Shown here one piece after another: positions 26,601 to 38,655 of a stretch of 49,144 nt of DNA. Both the position numbers and the translations under genes were made by a program. The notes under the pieces were generated by a model. The model worked only from the letters and a program-made list of their open reading frames with translations. It had not been told where the DNA came from and ran no database searches. Source of the DNA: Neolecta irregularis DAH-3 (lineage: Eukaryota). The stretch lies in contig LXFE01000904.1 of the NCBI GenBank assembly GCA_001929475.1, positions 1 through 49,144 of the forward strand, read 5' to 3'. The stretch's first letter is position 1; each line of letters begins with the position of its first letter.

Positions 26601-27974
26601 ATGGACGGCTGTCTGCTTTTTGCTCCGCCCGCAGACTCGGGCCTGCTCAAGCTGTCAAAGCTTACCGCCAAGTTCAAGCGCCGGTACATTGGTGGGCACA
26701 GGCAGAAAAAGCCGGCATGCTGATGCTGCAGTCATTGCATCCGCGGCAGACGGTTACGTGCTGTCCGTGTACAAAACCAGACCCAGGGGCGGTAAGCCAG
26801 ATCCCATCCATATATTCAGCATGCTTCGGTTTGCCGCTGCGTACATCACCGACGACAAGCCCCCGACGCTGATAGTTGCGGGCCGAGACTGTCCGCCTGC
26901 CGCGACGCCTACCGCCAGCTCCAACCCAACCAATGTCCTGCGCCTCGCCAGATCGTCGCGGCTGCCCTCCAGCAACAGCAGCGCCCCCGTGCTCATGTTT
27001 AGAAACGACCCCGATCTGCCCAACCAGCTCGACTCGTGGCAGCGCTTCATCACAAACGTCCTTCGGGTACGCCCATGCAAGTATCACGGCCTTACCGTGT
27101 CTAGTTTGAACTGACTCCTTCCCCGGCGGCCGCTGTGCCAATAGTAGCGCCTCCTGTGCAGCCCCAGGCCGGCGCCGTCGATGTCGCGCTCTCCCGCCTC
27201 GGGCCTTCCGTCGCGCATCTGTCAATGTCGTCGTCGTCGCCGTCCACCTACTCGTCGTTTGATGGCCACACCATCCGCCCGGTGCGCAGCAACCGCGGAT
27301 GGGACGCGCAGAGCGCATCGACCACGGCCAGCTCGCACCTGTGCGCGCTTTCAGCCGCAGAGGATGCCGGGCTCGACTCGCGGGCCGTGTCGCCGGTCGC
27401 CGCAGACAGAGCAGATCAAAGCCACCTGTCGATTCTCGACCGCGCCCTCCGCCAGCGCCACGGCCAGCTGCCAGGTGCATCGACCATCAGCGGCGTGCTG
27501 GACAGGCACGCATCGATGCCGCCAGACAGTTTTGCCGCCCAGCAGCGCTACCGCCCGTTCCCCCGCCGCAACACCTCCGCCTCAACTACAGTCTCCTCCA
27601 TCCACGGCAAACGCGAACCAGGCCTGCCAAAAGCAGCGGCAACCACCACCACCAGAGAGATCGCCGGCCACAAGAGTCCTGCTCCTCCGTCTCCGGCAGA
27701 AATTCGCGACATCCGGCGGAGCAGCATCATTAGTTTCATTAATCCCACAACCGTCGGAGGTACGGACAGTAACAGAAACAGCCTTAACGATTCAAGGCCA
27801 TCGACGTCGTCAAACGATACAGAAAATCTTTTGCTAGCTCTCAAAAACCGTTATTTATTCTCTGAGCGAGACCCAGAAGATTCCATCTCCATACGAAGAC
27901 GCAGCGTTCAATATGCCCCCGTCGGCAAACGGTTCAGTATCTCTAGCCTTGCAAGTATCGAAGGCAAATGCTGA
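26601..27974 (+). CDS. Uncharacterised protein with PH-like N-terminal domain and Ser/Pro-rich tail, 3 exons
   Basis: ATG 26601 plus two short GT-AG introns give MDGCLL...KFKRRYIVI...LSVYK...LMFR...LDSWQRFI, a PH-fold pattern; GC-rich. Confidence 0.6.
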
Positions 27975-28233
27975 GCAGTTGGAGCCTTTCTTTTTGTAAT
28001 GTCAAGTATTCTTTGCGCGCATTGTTAGTTATCTTCATCTTTTAGTAGGTTTCTTGGGAAGGTTATTCTGTCTTTTGTTCCTCTTTCTTTGGCTTTCAAG
28101 GAGTTGGGGCACATTTCTACTGTAATAAGTAGTCGAGATACTGAATCACCACATGTATTGCATTTATATTATTGCCCGATCGTGAATTCTTTCTCCATGT
28201 TGTATCTATTGCTCCTCCCTATGTATTGCACAT

Positions 28234-31200
28234 CTATTGCTCAACCCACTTCCCATGAACCCGCTTCTGCCGAATCTTGCAAGGTGCAAGCTCCCATCCC
28301 TTGCCTACACCATATCTCGGCACAACCATACACTCCCGTGACATCCCATCCGAGGAAACCACAGGTCGAGGATACTCTAGCGGTTTCGAGTATGTTATCA
28401 ACGGCGTGGACTTTGCAAGAATCGTGAGATGTTGCGCAGATATCGGCGTCAGTGGTTTAATGTAAACTCTATCTGATCCTCCCGACGACCTAACCAGTTC
28501 CTGGTAAATAATATAATCAGGAACCGCCTGGCGCGTTGTCTTGCAATTTATCACCGACGAAGAATGAACAATTGCGAGACAGTTCTCGAGACAAGTCTCA
28601 AGCTGACCAGACCGTGCAACAACAACGTAAATAATACCCTTTTTAAATCCTTTTGCGAATTCTTTAATCGACTCTGAGGGTACTAAATCTGCCCGGACCG
28701 CAGCTTGGTCACTAAATCCGGCTGCCACAATTTGTCTAATTGCTTTAATCTGGACCGATTTTGGTAAACTTGGTTTCTTCTCATAGGTTCCGTTTCGACC
28801 GAGGGCCACCGGTGAATTTGACAAGACAATTTCAGTCAATTGTTTACGTAGCTTATCAATTTCTTCCATCGCCTGACATATTACTTGAAGAATACCAGAG
28901 AAAATACGTACCTTAGGACGAAGAAAGAATTTCTCACAAAATTCTTGTTTATCCTGGCTATAAATAAACGCACAAATCACCGATAACAATTTCAAGACAT
29001 CAGACATGGGATCTAATTTCATAAACTGCTGCTGAGCCACGAAAAATTCCTTCCGTCGTCGCTTTCGTTGTTCCTTTTTACAAAGTTGTTCATTAGTAAG
29101 AACCTGCTTTTCGTCTTCCACATCTAAAGGTTCTGCGAGACTAAACTCTTCAAGAAATGGAGAGCCAACAGAAAGACCAGCAACGATTGAAATCACATAG
29201 GGCAGACATCCGTGTTGACCGCCAATTGTAAGCATCTTTGCAAACCGAGGAGAGAGCGGGAACGCAGCCATACTTTGACCCAGTTCAGTTATCCTCCCAT
29301 CAGAATCTAGAGCTCCAAGACATGATAAAAGCTAAACATTTAGCCAGGAATCAAGGGATTACAAAAAATACCTCTTCCGCTTCCCGAAGATGACGTGATT
29401 CGGGAGGTGTAGGAAAAGGAAATTTGACAACTTGGTCGATATTCATATTCTTCATCTGCAACACAGTGCCCTCAATTGGTGCACGATTAATTTCAGCCAT
29501 AGTGAATTCATTGAAATCTCTTTCGTATACCGCAGATGAATACAATCGATAGCAATGACCAGGACCGGTACGGCCCGCTCGACCAGATCTCTGTTCTGCG
29601 CTAGCTCTACTGATCCATTTAACATCATAGCTTTGAACTCCAGTATCTCGATTGTATGATTTCTCCTTGACTTTGCCCGAGTCTACAACGTATCGAATAC
29701 CTGGAATTGTGATACTTGTTTCGGCCACGTTGGTTGCTACTACGCATAATCGATGATCTGTTGGTGGTGCCTGAAAGACCTTAAGCTGCTCGGATGTTGG
29801 TAGAAGAGAGTACAGCGGAAGAAGGTGGAGCGGTTGCGATGTACAGCCCAACATCTCATCAGAGCTAGACTCTTCAAACTCTTCAGCCTCTGAATTTTCT
29901 TCATCTTGGATATCGTTACCGAAATCCACGTCTTCTGCTTCAAGCGTTACTTCACGGCCTGAAAGTCTAACTTTTGGAGTATACTCAGACGATGATGTTT
30001 TACAAAAGGATTTCTTCAGCTTGGAACAAAGTTGTCTAATCTCGCCTTGACCAGTAAGGAAAACAAGAATTCCTAAACATCAACCGCCAGAGTAAAGATT
30101 TTTGTATACCGCCTGGAGGTAACTTGTTGTGAATTTTGCATACTTTTTTATAGACATCATCAACATATTTAAGAGAAGTTCGCTTTGCAAAATGTGTCGT
30201 AACAGGAAATTGACGTGCATCGATTTTGATGACAGGAGGAGAAACACCAAACAATGTTTTATTTTCCACAAAATCAGACACTCGTAAAGTTGCAGACATA
30301 ATAATGAGTTTCAAAGGCTTGAAAAGGTTAATACGAGGTTTTATTTTTGAAAGAATACCCTTGTCGTAGATCCTTCCTCTTGACTCATTTCTGCTCGAAC
30401 TTTTAGTACTCTGCTCAAGATGCCAATCAAAATATCAGTATTAATGCTCCGCTCATGTGCCTCATCTACAATAACGACAGAATACCTTGTCAATAAAAAG
30501 TCGGTAGCCAATTCACGCAATAAAACACCGTCAGTCATAAATTTGATCGCAGTCTCGGGTTGACATGCTGAATCGAACCGAATTTGATATCCAACACGAT
30601 CAGCCGCATCCCCCATCTCGGTTTTTAAACGGGATGCCATACTGACAGCAGCCACTCTTCGAGGCTGGGTTATTCCAATCATACCAGGATTATCGGTACC
30701 CAAGGATCCGTAGCCGGCTTCGTAAAGGAATTGTGGTACTTGAGTAGTCTTCCCGCTGCCTGTCTGCCCACATAATACCACACAAGGATTATGATTAATA
30801 ACTTCCATTATTCTTTGTTCCTCAGATACAACAGGCAACAACATTCGTGATTCTTCTATTTCTTGCGTACGGGTAACGGTAACATGAGTAGTTTTAATTA
30901 CAGTCGACGGGTTTAGAGAAACGGAAATTTCTTCTGGGGTTTCTGAACGGTCTCTTGGTCTTGATGATGTAGCTTTCGATACAATTTCCAGCGGTAATTC
31001 CAATAATTGTACAGGCGCCGAGGTTTCCACCGTCCTTTCAATAGCCCAAGCTTTAAATCGATCTCCTCGGGCTCTCAAATCTTGCCGAGTATCTTCATCC
31101 ATAGTATTTTCACTCTCGGGCTCTGATGAATGTTTTGATTCTTGGTCTGATTCTTGGTCTGATGCTGGGTCAAAAGAAGAAATATTCGATTCTGGTGTTT

Positions 31201-31752
31201 GTACTCGAGCTTGTAATTTTTCACGCCAAGTTAAACCCATTTTCAACTTTTTCCTTTTCGGTTGTACGTTTGAAGAGATATGATAGCGTCGTTTCAATCC
31301 GGATCCAATATTCACGGGCTCCTCATCACATTTTGGCACAATTTTGCCGGGAACTTTGGCTTTATCATGTTCCTCTACAATATCTTGGTTTTGTAGAGGT
31401 TTTTCTTTTCTAGGTTTATCCTTTTTCCCCAATTCTTTTGTCTTTTGCATCATCGAGTGATCGATTTTAGACTTTCTTAAAGTATTAGTAATACCCGGTA
31501 GACGCAAGATACGATAGTTTCTGGATAAGCATAGCCTTTTCTTCCTTGCGCATCTTTGCTTCCTATCCGATTAACAATTGAATATGAATAATCTCTTACA
31601 ATATACTTGTCCAATCTCTTTTTCTTCTTGGCCGATATTTTCGACTCTGGTTTCCGAGCTTCTGCTTCCGCCCTCAAGATTTCTTTTCTTTTCTGTCTCT
31701 CTGCCTTTGATACAGGCATCATTAATATGGCATTAGGGTCGGGTGTATCCAT
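28234..31752 (-). CDS. DHR1: DEAH-box RNA helicase Dhr1/DHX37 (U3 release), multi-exon
   Basis: [70 protein letters not shown]. Confidence 0.95.
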
Positions 31753-31860
31753 AGCGAATCGGAAAGGTAAAAGTCGCGAAATATATTTTGTCTCGGTTAG
31801 GAACCTCGTGGCTATCTTGGTAGATAATCAAATGGTATTGCCTAACCGCCGTTTAACAAT

Positions 31861-32657
31861 ATGACTCTTACACAACCCAAATACCCTCCAATACAGCCCG
31901 GAGGTTCTTTGATTCTAGCATGGCGGATAAAGAACAAGCAACTTCCTTTTTCGACTTTGAATCTTACAAAACAGCAAAGTGCTTGTTGTAGGAGGTGGAA
32001 ATGTCGCTGCTGGTCGTATACTAAGCGCGTTGAATGCCGATGGAATCGTCACAGTGGTATCTCCATCCAAAGGACTTGTTCCGGAAGTGAGATACCGAAT
32101 AGTACATGGCCAAGTAGAATATTTTGACCGAGAATTTGAACTCCAAGATCTTGAGGGCGTCGACATGTGCATGACTGCAATTGACTGTCCAGAAACCTCG
32201 AGGACTATATATAAACTATGCAAAGAACGTAAAATACCTGTAAACGTTGCAGATGTGCCTTCTGAATGCGACTTTTATTTTGGGAGTCAATATAGGGATG
32301 GGCCACTGCAAGTTATGGTATATCTGGTGCACATCGTATAACTCATTGGAGGTAAGTACCAATGGAAATGGACCAAAACTCGCAAACATCATCCGGGAAC
32401 AAATTGCAGCAGGAATACCAGAGAATGCAGGAGATGCAATTACAAAGGTTGGCAAATTACGGCAGAAACTACGAGAAATGGCACCAGGAAATGAACAAGG
32501 ACCGAAACGAATGAAATGGATGATCCAAGTATGCGAAAAGTGGACACTTAACGATTTCATATCAATGAGTGAGCAAGACATGGATGAACTGTTGCAAAAT
32601 TATGAAAGCGGGATTGTTCCTCCAGCTAAAGATATCATCAGTGAAGAATTTAGTTAA
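31861..32657 (+). CDS. MET8: Precorrin-2 dehydrogenase / sirohydrochlorin ferrochelatase, 3 exons
   Basis: GGSLILAW, VLVVGGGNVAAGR, IPVNVADVPSECDFYFGS, VSTNGNGPKLA, KRMKWM. Confidence 0.92.
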
Positions 32658-32702
32658 AGACCAGGCGCCAAAAGATATCAGGTTGAAAACTGGAAAAAAG
32701 CC

Positions 32703-34366
32703 CTAGTACCGGTCCGGCATTACAACAGGGGCAAGCAGAGTCCAATCTAGATGTCAATTGAAATGAAAACCATAAACTCACAATAAAGACCATAGCAAAC
32801 CCAAGTACTGACAACCTTGACCCATACAACGGCATAACTTCTTCCAATTGCCACGAAATCATCCTCACCGTGGCCTTTCTCAATTTGAAAGGTTCCCCTT
32901 AGGAGATTAGCATAAAAGAACAGATGATACACATACCAGCTTGTTAGTAGACAAGCAGTGTAACAGGTTGCTAAAAAGAAGACGAGATGAAAGGTCGAAT
33001 AGTGATATTGAACACCACTTCTCTCGTCGTCCCGATCGTCTCCCGCGACTGATGCTTCATCATCTGAGCTATCAAGAGCAGAAGAAGGCAAAGCACTGTA
33101 TATCAAGAATGAAGAAACCTATTTCATCATACCCGCTTTCGACAGCAGCCAATAGAGCTTCACTTCTCATTCTGGCTCTGGTGGATGGTTCTGTCCTGAC
33201 AAGTCCATGTTCGGCATCATCAACACGCACATAACCGCCTGATTTGACAGACGCAGCACCGAGGGAACTTGTCTGGGTGGCAGCACGAGTTGTACTATAA
33301 GAAATTGCAAGAAAAGTAAAGATCGCTCCAACAATTACACTGGCGGTTTGAGTTCCCCGAGATCGAGCAAGAGGATTGCACTGATGGTCGTCTGGTTCAT
33401 TTGCGACTGCAGACATCGTTAAATAGGTTCCGTAAATACAAACCATAGCGGCTTGGGCTAGTCCTGACCGAGTATTGTATTCCTGAACCGTAGGATGGAT
33501 CGACATCGCCGTTGCGAGGATAGATAGAGCAAGATTGACGGAGATGAAGGCTTGATTCAAGGAACAACCAGAAGCCGCAAAGAAAATGAACATGACGATT
33601 GTCAGTGCTAATGACGCCGCAAACATCACAAAGGTGGATCCAATGAGAACAGTCTGCCATCCGGCTGATTCAGTCGCTTCGTACTTTTCAAGACAAGTTT
33701 CGGCCCAGGAATGCGCGAAATCTACGAGCAGCACAAGGCCGTATAGAATAAAAAGGACACTGCCAACGAGTGCAACATAATTGCCCCAAAATAAAAAGAA
33801 CTGTTCGGGCACGAAAAACGAAAGGACGACGAGAACAATCCACAGGACAAGTTTTGGACCCCAGAATCTTGTTGTGAGTGCTTTGAGAATGACGCACATA
33901 CCCATTTTGTATGGCCGAGCGCTTATTTCGAGTTGAATGGACGCCGAGGAGCATTAACGCGAGAAGCAGATGAAACATCCCCAGAGCAAAATTAACTCGA
34001 TGTACCTGAATATCGTAAGAATATTCCCAACAAGATGAGGACAGCCAAAACTCCATAACACGTTCCATCCGGGCAGTTTATCTGCATGTAATCCCCGGTC
34101 AAATGTTCCAACTTGCGAATAGCCCACGGCGTGAGCATGGTCCAGGACAACTGCATCATCAGCCAGATATCTTCGTGCTATCCAACCAACGAGTTGACGA
34201 GAAATAAAATCGCATACGCGATCCGTGTTGCGATACTGGATTCGCACGATCCACACGCCGAACACAATGCCGAACAAGCAGCGGCTCCACAGCAGCTCAT
34301 TGCAAAACCTCCGAGCGCAGTTAAAGACGGTAAAACGAGCAGCGGCAGACTTATTAATGCTCCCAT
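32703..34366 (-). CDS. TMS1: Serinc/TDE family membrane protein, multi-exon
   Basis: Cys-rich N-terminus SCCGAAACS, SSIATRIAYA, LLVDFAHSWAE, SGLAQAAMV, YHYSTFH, ends WTLLAPVVMPDRY. Confidence 0.94.
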
Positions 34367-34442
34367 GTTTATTTCGGATGGTGGGCTATTTCGGATTGGT
34401 CGGCTATTTAGTGGTGTCTCGCCACCACCAAAACTCTATTGC

Positions 34443-34968
34443 ATGGATCGTATAACTCAACTACAAGATGCTTTGGATCAAGTAGACACTCAACTGTACC
34501 GGAAATAAGTCTGAATGTGTGTTTAGCTCGCAATTCGATTCTATTCTACCCTGAACCATCTCAACACACAGCACGACTTTGTTCCGTTTCCCGGTCAAAC
34601 AAAAGCAACTGATCCGCACCGTGAGAATTCGCACCTGCAGTATTTGACTCGATAGTTCAAGTCAGTTCTGCGGAAGAGTTTGATGGTAAGTTGGGCTACA
34701 ATGGTCAAACTTATCTACAGCTTCGAAGCGGGAACTCGCAAAGGATATTGTGAGCAAAGCAAGGGAAATTGATTTATTGATTGAATCATTGCCAGGAATC
34801 ACAGCTACGGAAAATGAACAAATGGAAAGAATACGGAATCTGCAAGTGGAATTGGACAAAGTTCAACAAGAACAGAAACAGGTGTTTTCTGAACGGGATA
34901 TCCTTCGAACCCGTTTAGATGAACTGATTACATCTTTTGCAAGTCAAAAGGGTTCTGCACAGGATTGA
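34443..34968 (+). CDS. SRB7: Mediator subunit Med21, 4 exons
   Basis: MDRITQLQDALDQLA...ELAKDIVSKAREIDLLIESLPG. Confidence 0.92.
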
Positions 34969-35044
34969 ATGTGTATTGGGATACAAGAAAGAACATTGCT
35001 TGTATGCGCCTACATAAATTAAATACATATTTCAGTGTGACTGC

Positions 35045-35779
35045 ATGTCAAACACAATCACGCATACAGATCCCGACGCGGAAAAGTTTTTCGGTATTGT
35101 CTTCCAACCTCCAAATGTTGACTAAATCAAGGATCGAAGTCAAGAAGAGAAATCGGCAGACTGGCAACATGGAGCGCGTCTTCCGCCAAAACTGGTCATC
35201 CGGTAGATTGTCTGTATGATGATACTACAGACACCTTCTGGCAGTATGCATCTTGTTGAATGGACCTTGAATCAAGATCAGATGGGCCTCAGCCTCATAT
35301 TATTCAAATACTATTCCCGAAGAAAGTATCTATTAATGCAGGTTGCAAGCAATTCCCTGCTTATAGATAGATGATCAGCTTGTATATGGACTACACGCTC
35401 GACGAGTCCTACACGCCATCCAGGATCACAATCAAATCAGGAACCGGCGTGCATGATATACAACAAGTCGTTCAACTGGAATTCGAAGAACCTCAGGGCT
35501 GGACAAATGTCGCTTTAAACGAGTTTGGATCAGGGTATGTGTGTGTTTTTTGTCTTTTAAAGGTCAGGGATGCTCTTGAAACGTATTTGATCCAAGTATG
35601 TATCCTTGGATGCCACCAAAACGGTAAAGACACACATTTGCGGGCTGTTAAAGTATATGCACCATACCGGTATTGTTTATTCTCAAACATGGTTGACTTG
35701 AAGGACAAACATGGGAGAAGGCGAAGATGGAATCGCTTATACAAGTAAAACATTCTTGAGTCATGGCTCAATCCGTTGA
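35045..35779 (+). CDS. APC10: Anaphase-promoting complex subunit 10 (Doc1), 6 exons
   Basis: REIGRLATWSASSAK, TFWQSDGPQPH, DESYTPS, HQNGKDTHLR. Confidence 0.94.
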
Positions 35780-36054
35780 CTTCATTATAATCTGGATTTA
35801 TTAACATATCTGGATCTCATTTTCAATCTGGATCATCATTCATCGGGGTCTCATTTCTATCCTTTTAATTATCTTTAAATGTCTCTTGCGTTCGAGCTTC
35901 TGTGCCTTCACCAGCTGCTTGGTCAATACGAGACTAGAAGAATACTTGGCCGTTGAGTCCGTCATTGGCATCTTGTGCCTCTGCTGGAATTTAGTGCACA
36001 AAACATGCCCAGAATACATTATTTACAAATTATACAATGTATTGCTTGGAATCA

Positions 36055-37497
36055 TCAATCGTTTTCACGTTTTGCATCTCCCAACGATTGTCCAACCAAA
36101 ACTTTCTGCCCGATATGAATATTGAAAGAAAAATCCTGAGGAGCTTCAAAGACTAAAACAATAGTACTTCCAAGACTAAACCCGCCCATTTCCTGGCCTT
36201 TTTTAACGGGATGTCCTCTTAACAGAACACTTGATCCTTCATATGTTGCCTCTGCATAGGTAACGTTCTCTGGTTTCTGTTTAGCCATAGTATTTGTCTT
36301 CAACTCGTGATCAAAGTTGATGCGTATACTGCCTACATTGGTCGCTCCAACTGGCGTCATACTGAAGAATCCGTGTCTCCATCGTCCGAGCAGTACTACA
36401 CGTTCATTCAACACAAAGAGATTTCCAAGCCGTTTAGCCATCCACGGCGAGACACTAAATAATTCACCGGCAAAATGTCTGCGTTTTTCAACGACCCAGT
36501 TTACAGGTGAATGGAAACGATGGTAATCTCCCGGCGCAAGATACACGACGACAAAATACAAGTCGTTTCCTTGTCCTAATTGTGCGGCAGTTTGAAATCC
36601 GACTTCTTTTAGAAGATCAGCAGTCTTTTTCTCGGCGTTTTGTTCTATAAAAGCGTCTTTGTTGGTGACCACAGCATGGCTTTGTTGTTCTTTGTCTTGC
36701 CCGATAAGAGTATCGACAGAATAAGTGATGCCGTTGACTTTGGCGAAATCCTCGTCGTGGGTAAACGATTCTTCATCCAAGAATACAATCTTTTCAGCAG
36801 AGGAGGTTTGATTTGAGCCAAGCAGTGCATCCAAAGAATAACTCAGACCTTTAACTTGCTCCACTTGTCTCTGTTTGATTTTTCCAAAGTGAAGAATTGT
36901 CCCATCCGAAGGAGAGACTAGTAAAGCTCGTTGATCGATTTTGCGAGCATCTGGAGCAAGTGATCTGTAAAAGAAATCGGCGAGATTTTTGTATTTTCCG
37001 AGATTGGGTTCAGCGAGTTCTTGGAGATTGCAGCCGAATATCCAAGCGTAGAGTTTGAATCCAGGGACACGCATCCATACAGGCATATCAATTGCATTAA
37101 TATAACCCCATATTTTAGATATTGACCGTAGGGGAAGAGTGCTGATCACATAGACCTGCAAATGTGAGAATAAGAGTAAAAATATATAGAATGATGCCTG
37201 CCATGGACCATGGACTTTGATTTTCTCATCAATCTTGTTATTCTCCCGATCAAAGGTTTTCTTGAGTTGAATAATCCCGACAACAGCAATACCAAGACCT
37301 ACTGGAATCGAGTACCATTCTACTTTTGTGTCTCTCCACGATTTCCCAAGATTTGCAAAAAAGCTCTTGTTTTGGTGAGTATTTGAAGAGTTATTTTCAG
37401 ATGTCAAAAACCTCTTGCTTAAAGAGTATTTATGAGATGCAGTGCTAAATAGACGGTGGGATGGATTGAGGGGATGAAATTTGAATCTGGAGGACAT
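36055..37497 (-). CDS. PSD1: Mitochondrial phosphatidylserine decarboxylase proenzyme; one in-frame 42-nt GC-AG intron (37156-37197)
   Basis: Presequence-like MSSRFKF, WYSIPVGLGI, SPSDG, YLAPGDYHRFHSP, VGATNVGSI, LGST autocleavage motif. Confidence 0.95.
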   Translation of the reverse strand: MSSRFKFHPLNPSHRLFSTASHKYSLSKRFLTSENNSSNTHQNKSFFANLGKSWRDTKVEWYSIPVGLGIAVVGIIQLKKTFDRENNKIDEKIKVHGPWQASFYIFLLLFSHLQVYVISTLPLRSISKIWGYINAIDMPVWMRVPGFKLYAWIFGCNLQELAEPNLGKYKNLADFFYRSLAPDARKIDQRALLVSPSDGTILHFGKIKQRQVEQVKGLSYSLDALLGSNQTSSAEKIVFLDEESFTHDEDFAKVNGITYSVDTLIGQDKEQQSHAVVTNKDAFIEQNAEKKTADLLKEVGFQTAAQLGQGNDLYFVVVYLAPGDYHRFHSPVNWVVEKRRHFAGELFSVSPWMAKRLGNLFVLNERVVLLGRWRHGFFSMTPVGATNVGSIRINFDHELKTNTMAKQKPENVTYAEATYEGSSVLLRGHPVKKGQEMGGFSLGSTIVLVFEAPQDFSFNIHIGQKVLVGQSLGDAKREND

Positions 37498-37600
37498 GTA
37501 AAAGTGAGGAGGATCACGAATAATTTGAACTCTGATTAGACGCCTAAAACTATCGACAACGATGTCCTCCGCAAACGCCAAATGCAAAAATAAAACAAGA

Positions 37601-38395
37601 CTATCTAAACTCAAACGTATCAAATGTGCGTTTTGGAACATGTTTGAGGGATAATTTCTGGAAACTGGGACTGTGAGAGGAGAAAGAGCAAAGGGACAGT
37701 TACAGTTCGCTGTTTCTGTGATAGTAAATGCCTTCAATTTCAGAGGGTTTTGTATAGCAGATGTAGTAAAAGCCCTGGGGTCAAAACAGAAGACAGAAAG
37801 AGAAAAAGGACCTGGAAACTGGCACCGCTGAGTTGGCCATTGTGATCTGGAATCAGAAATTGTTCTTTCCACCGCTGGAAAATGACACTCGCAGATTGCA
37901 ATTCGTCAATCGTCGACCCGATTTTGGCATTCCGTGGCAGCTGCCGGAATGCTTCAAAGCGGCTCTGCAAGTCAACTCTGAGTAGAAAACACACCAAAAC
38001 AATACCCAGTGGTTAAAGTCTACTGCCTGGTCTGCATCATAGTCTTTAGTGACAAACGACATTGCGTCGCCAATGATATCGCCGGTAAAAAAGGTGGTAA
38101 GCGAAGCAGTTGTCAGGTTCTTTATTTCAAAGTACCCGCAGACAAACCGGCGAGAGAGATCAACATGTTTAATCGTCACCGTCACATCGTACGATACTTT
38201 TCCGCTGACTTGCGATCCGCGAAAGACACTTCCGGCATAAAGTGCGCCTGTTCCAGTCCGGTATTCGCGCAAAGACGAGTCTGCGGATTCAGCAGCAGGA
38301 TGCTTCTCGCAGTCTTGAACAGTACTGGAAAGTCCAAGCGCAGGCGAAAATGGGCGGGTGCGGGTGTGTAAATGTGGATTTTCACGAACTGGCAT
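37601..38395 (-). CDS. VID24: GID complex substrate receptor Gid4/Vid24, 4 exons
   Basis: GSVFRGSQVS, YDVTVTIKHVD, LTTFFTGDII, IFQRWKEQF, GASF-GFYYIC, IEGIYYH, FQKLSL, ends FEFR. Confidence 0.9.
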
Positions 38396-38467
38396 GGCTG
38401 TAATTGAGGGTGGTTTGACTTGATATGAGCCGTTTTCCTTTCTCTGATCGGTTTCCCTCATCGTCGT

Positions 38468-38552
38468 GAATCCTTTCCAATCTTTCCAATCTTTCGGATC
38501 TTTGGATATCTGAATCTAATTCGAATCTTTCGGATCTTTATCTTGAATCCAT
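38468..38552. repeat. Degenerate short tandem repeat (units like AATCTTTCC / GATCTTTCG) in the GID4-RSE1 divergent intergenic region
   Basis: gaatcctttccaatctttccaatctttcggatctttggatatctgaatctaattcgaatctttcggatctttatcttgaatcc. Confidence 0.7.
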
Positions 38553-38655
38553 CTCGCCCCTCTTGATTCTAAATCTAAATTCGTAACGGGCACAATTTCA
38601 CCTCCAACATCATTCAATATCATCCATACATCCACATCATCGATATCATTCATAA

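Noticed and set aside
26674-27844. Several long overlapping ORFs on both strands
   Set aside because: Expected from stop-codon scarcity in GC-rich DNA; one spliced + strand model explains the region
13720-35779. Functional clustering of APC4 with APC10, or PAN3 with LSM7
   Set aside because: Unrelated genes intervene or adjacency is convergent; compatible with chance in a dense housekeeping region
36055-37872. 605-aa ORF as a single PSD1 or GID4-PSD1 fusion protein
   Set aside because: GID4 exons use other frames and have their own stop at 37601; PSD1 has a presequence-like start at 37497
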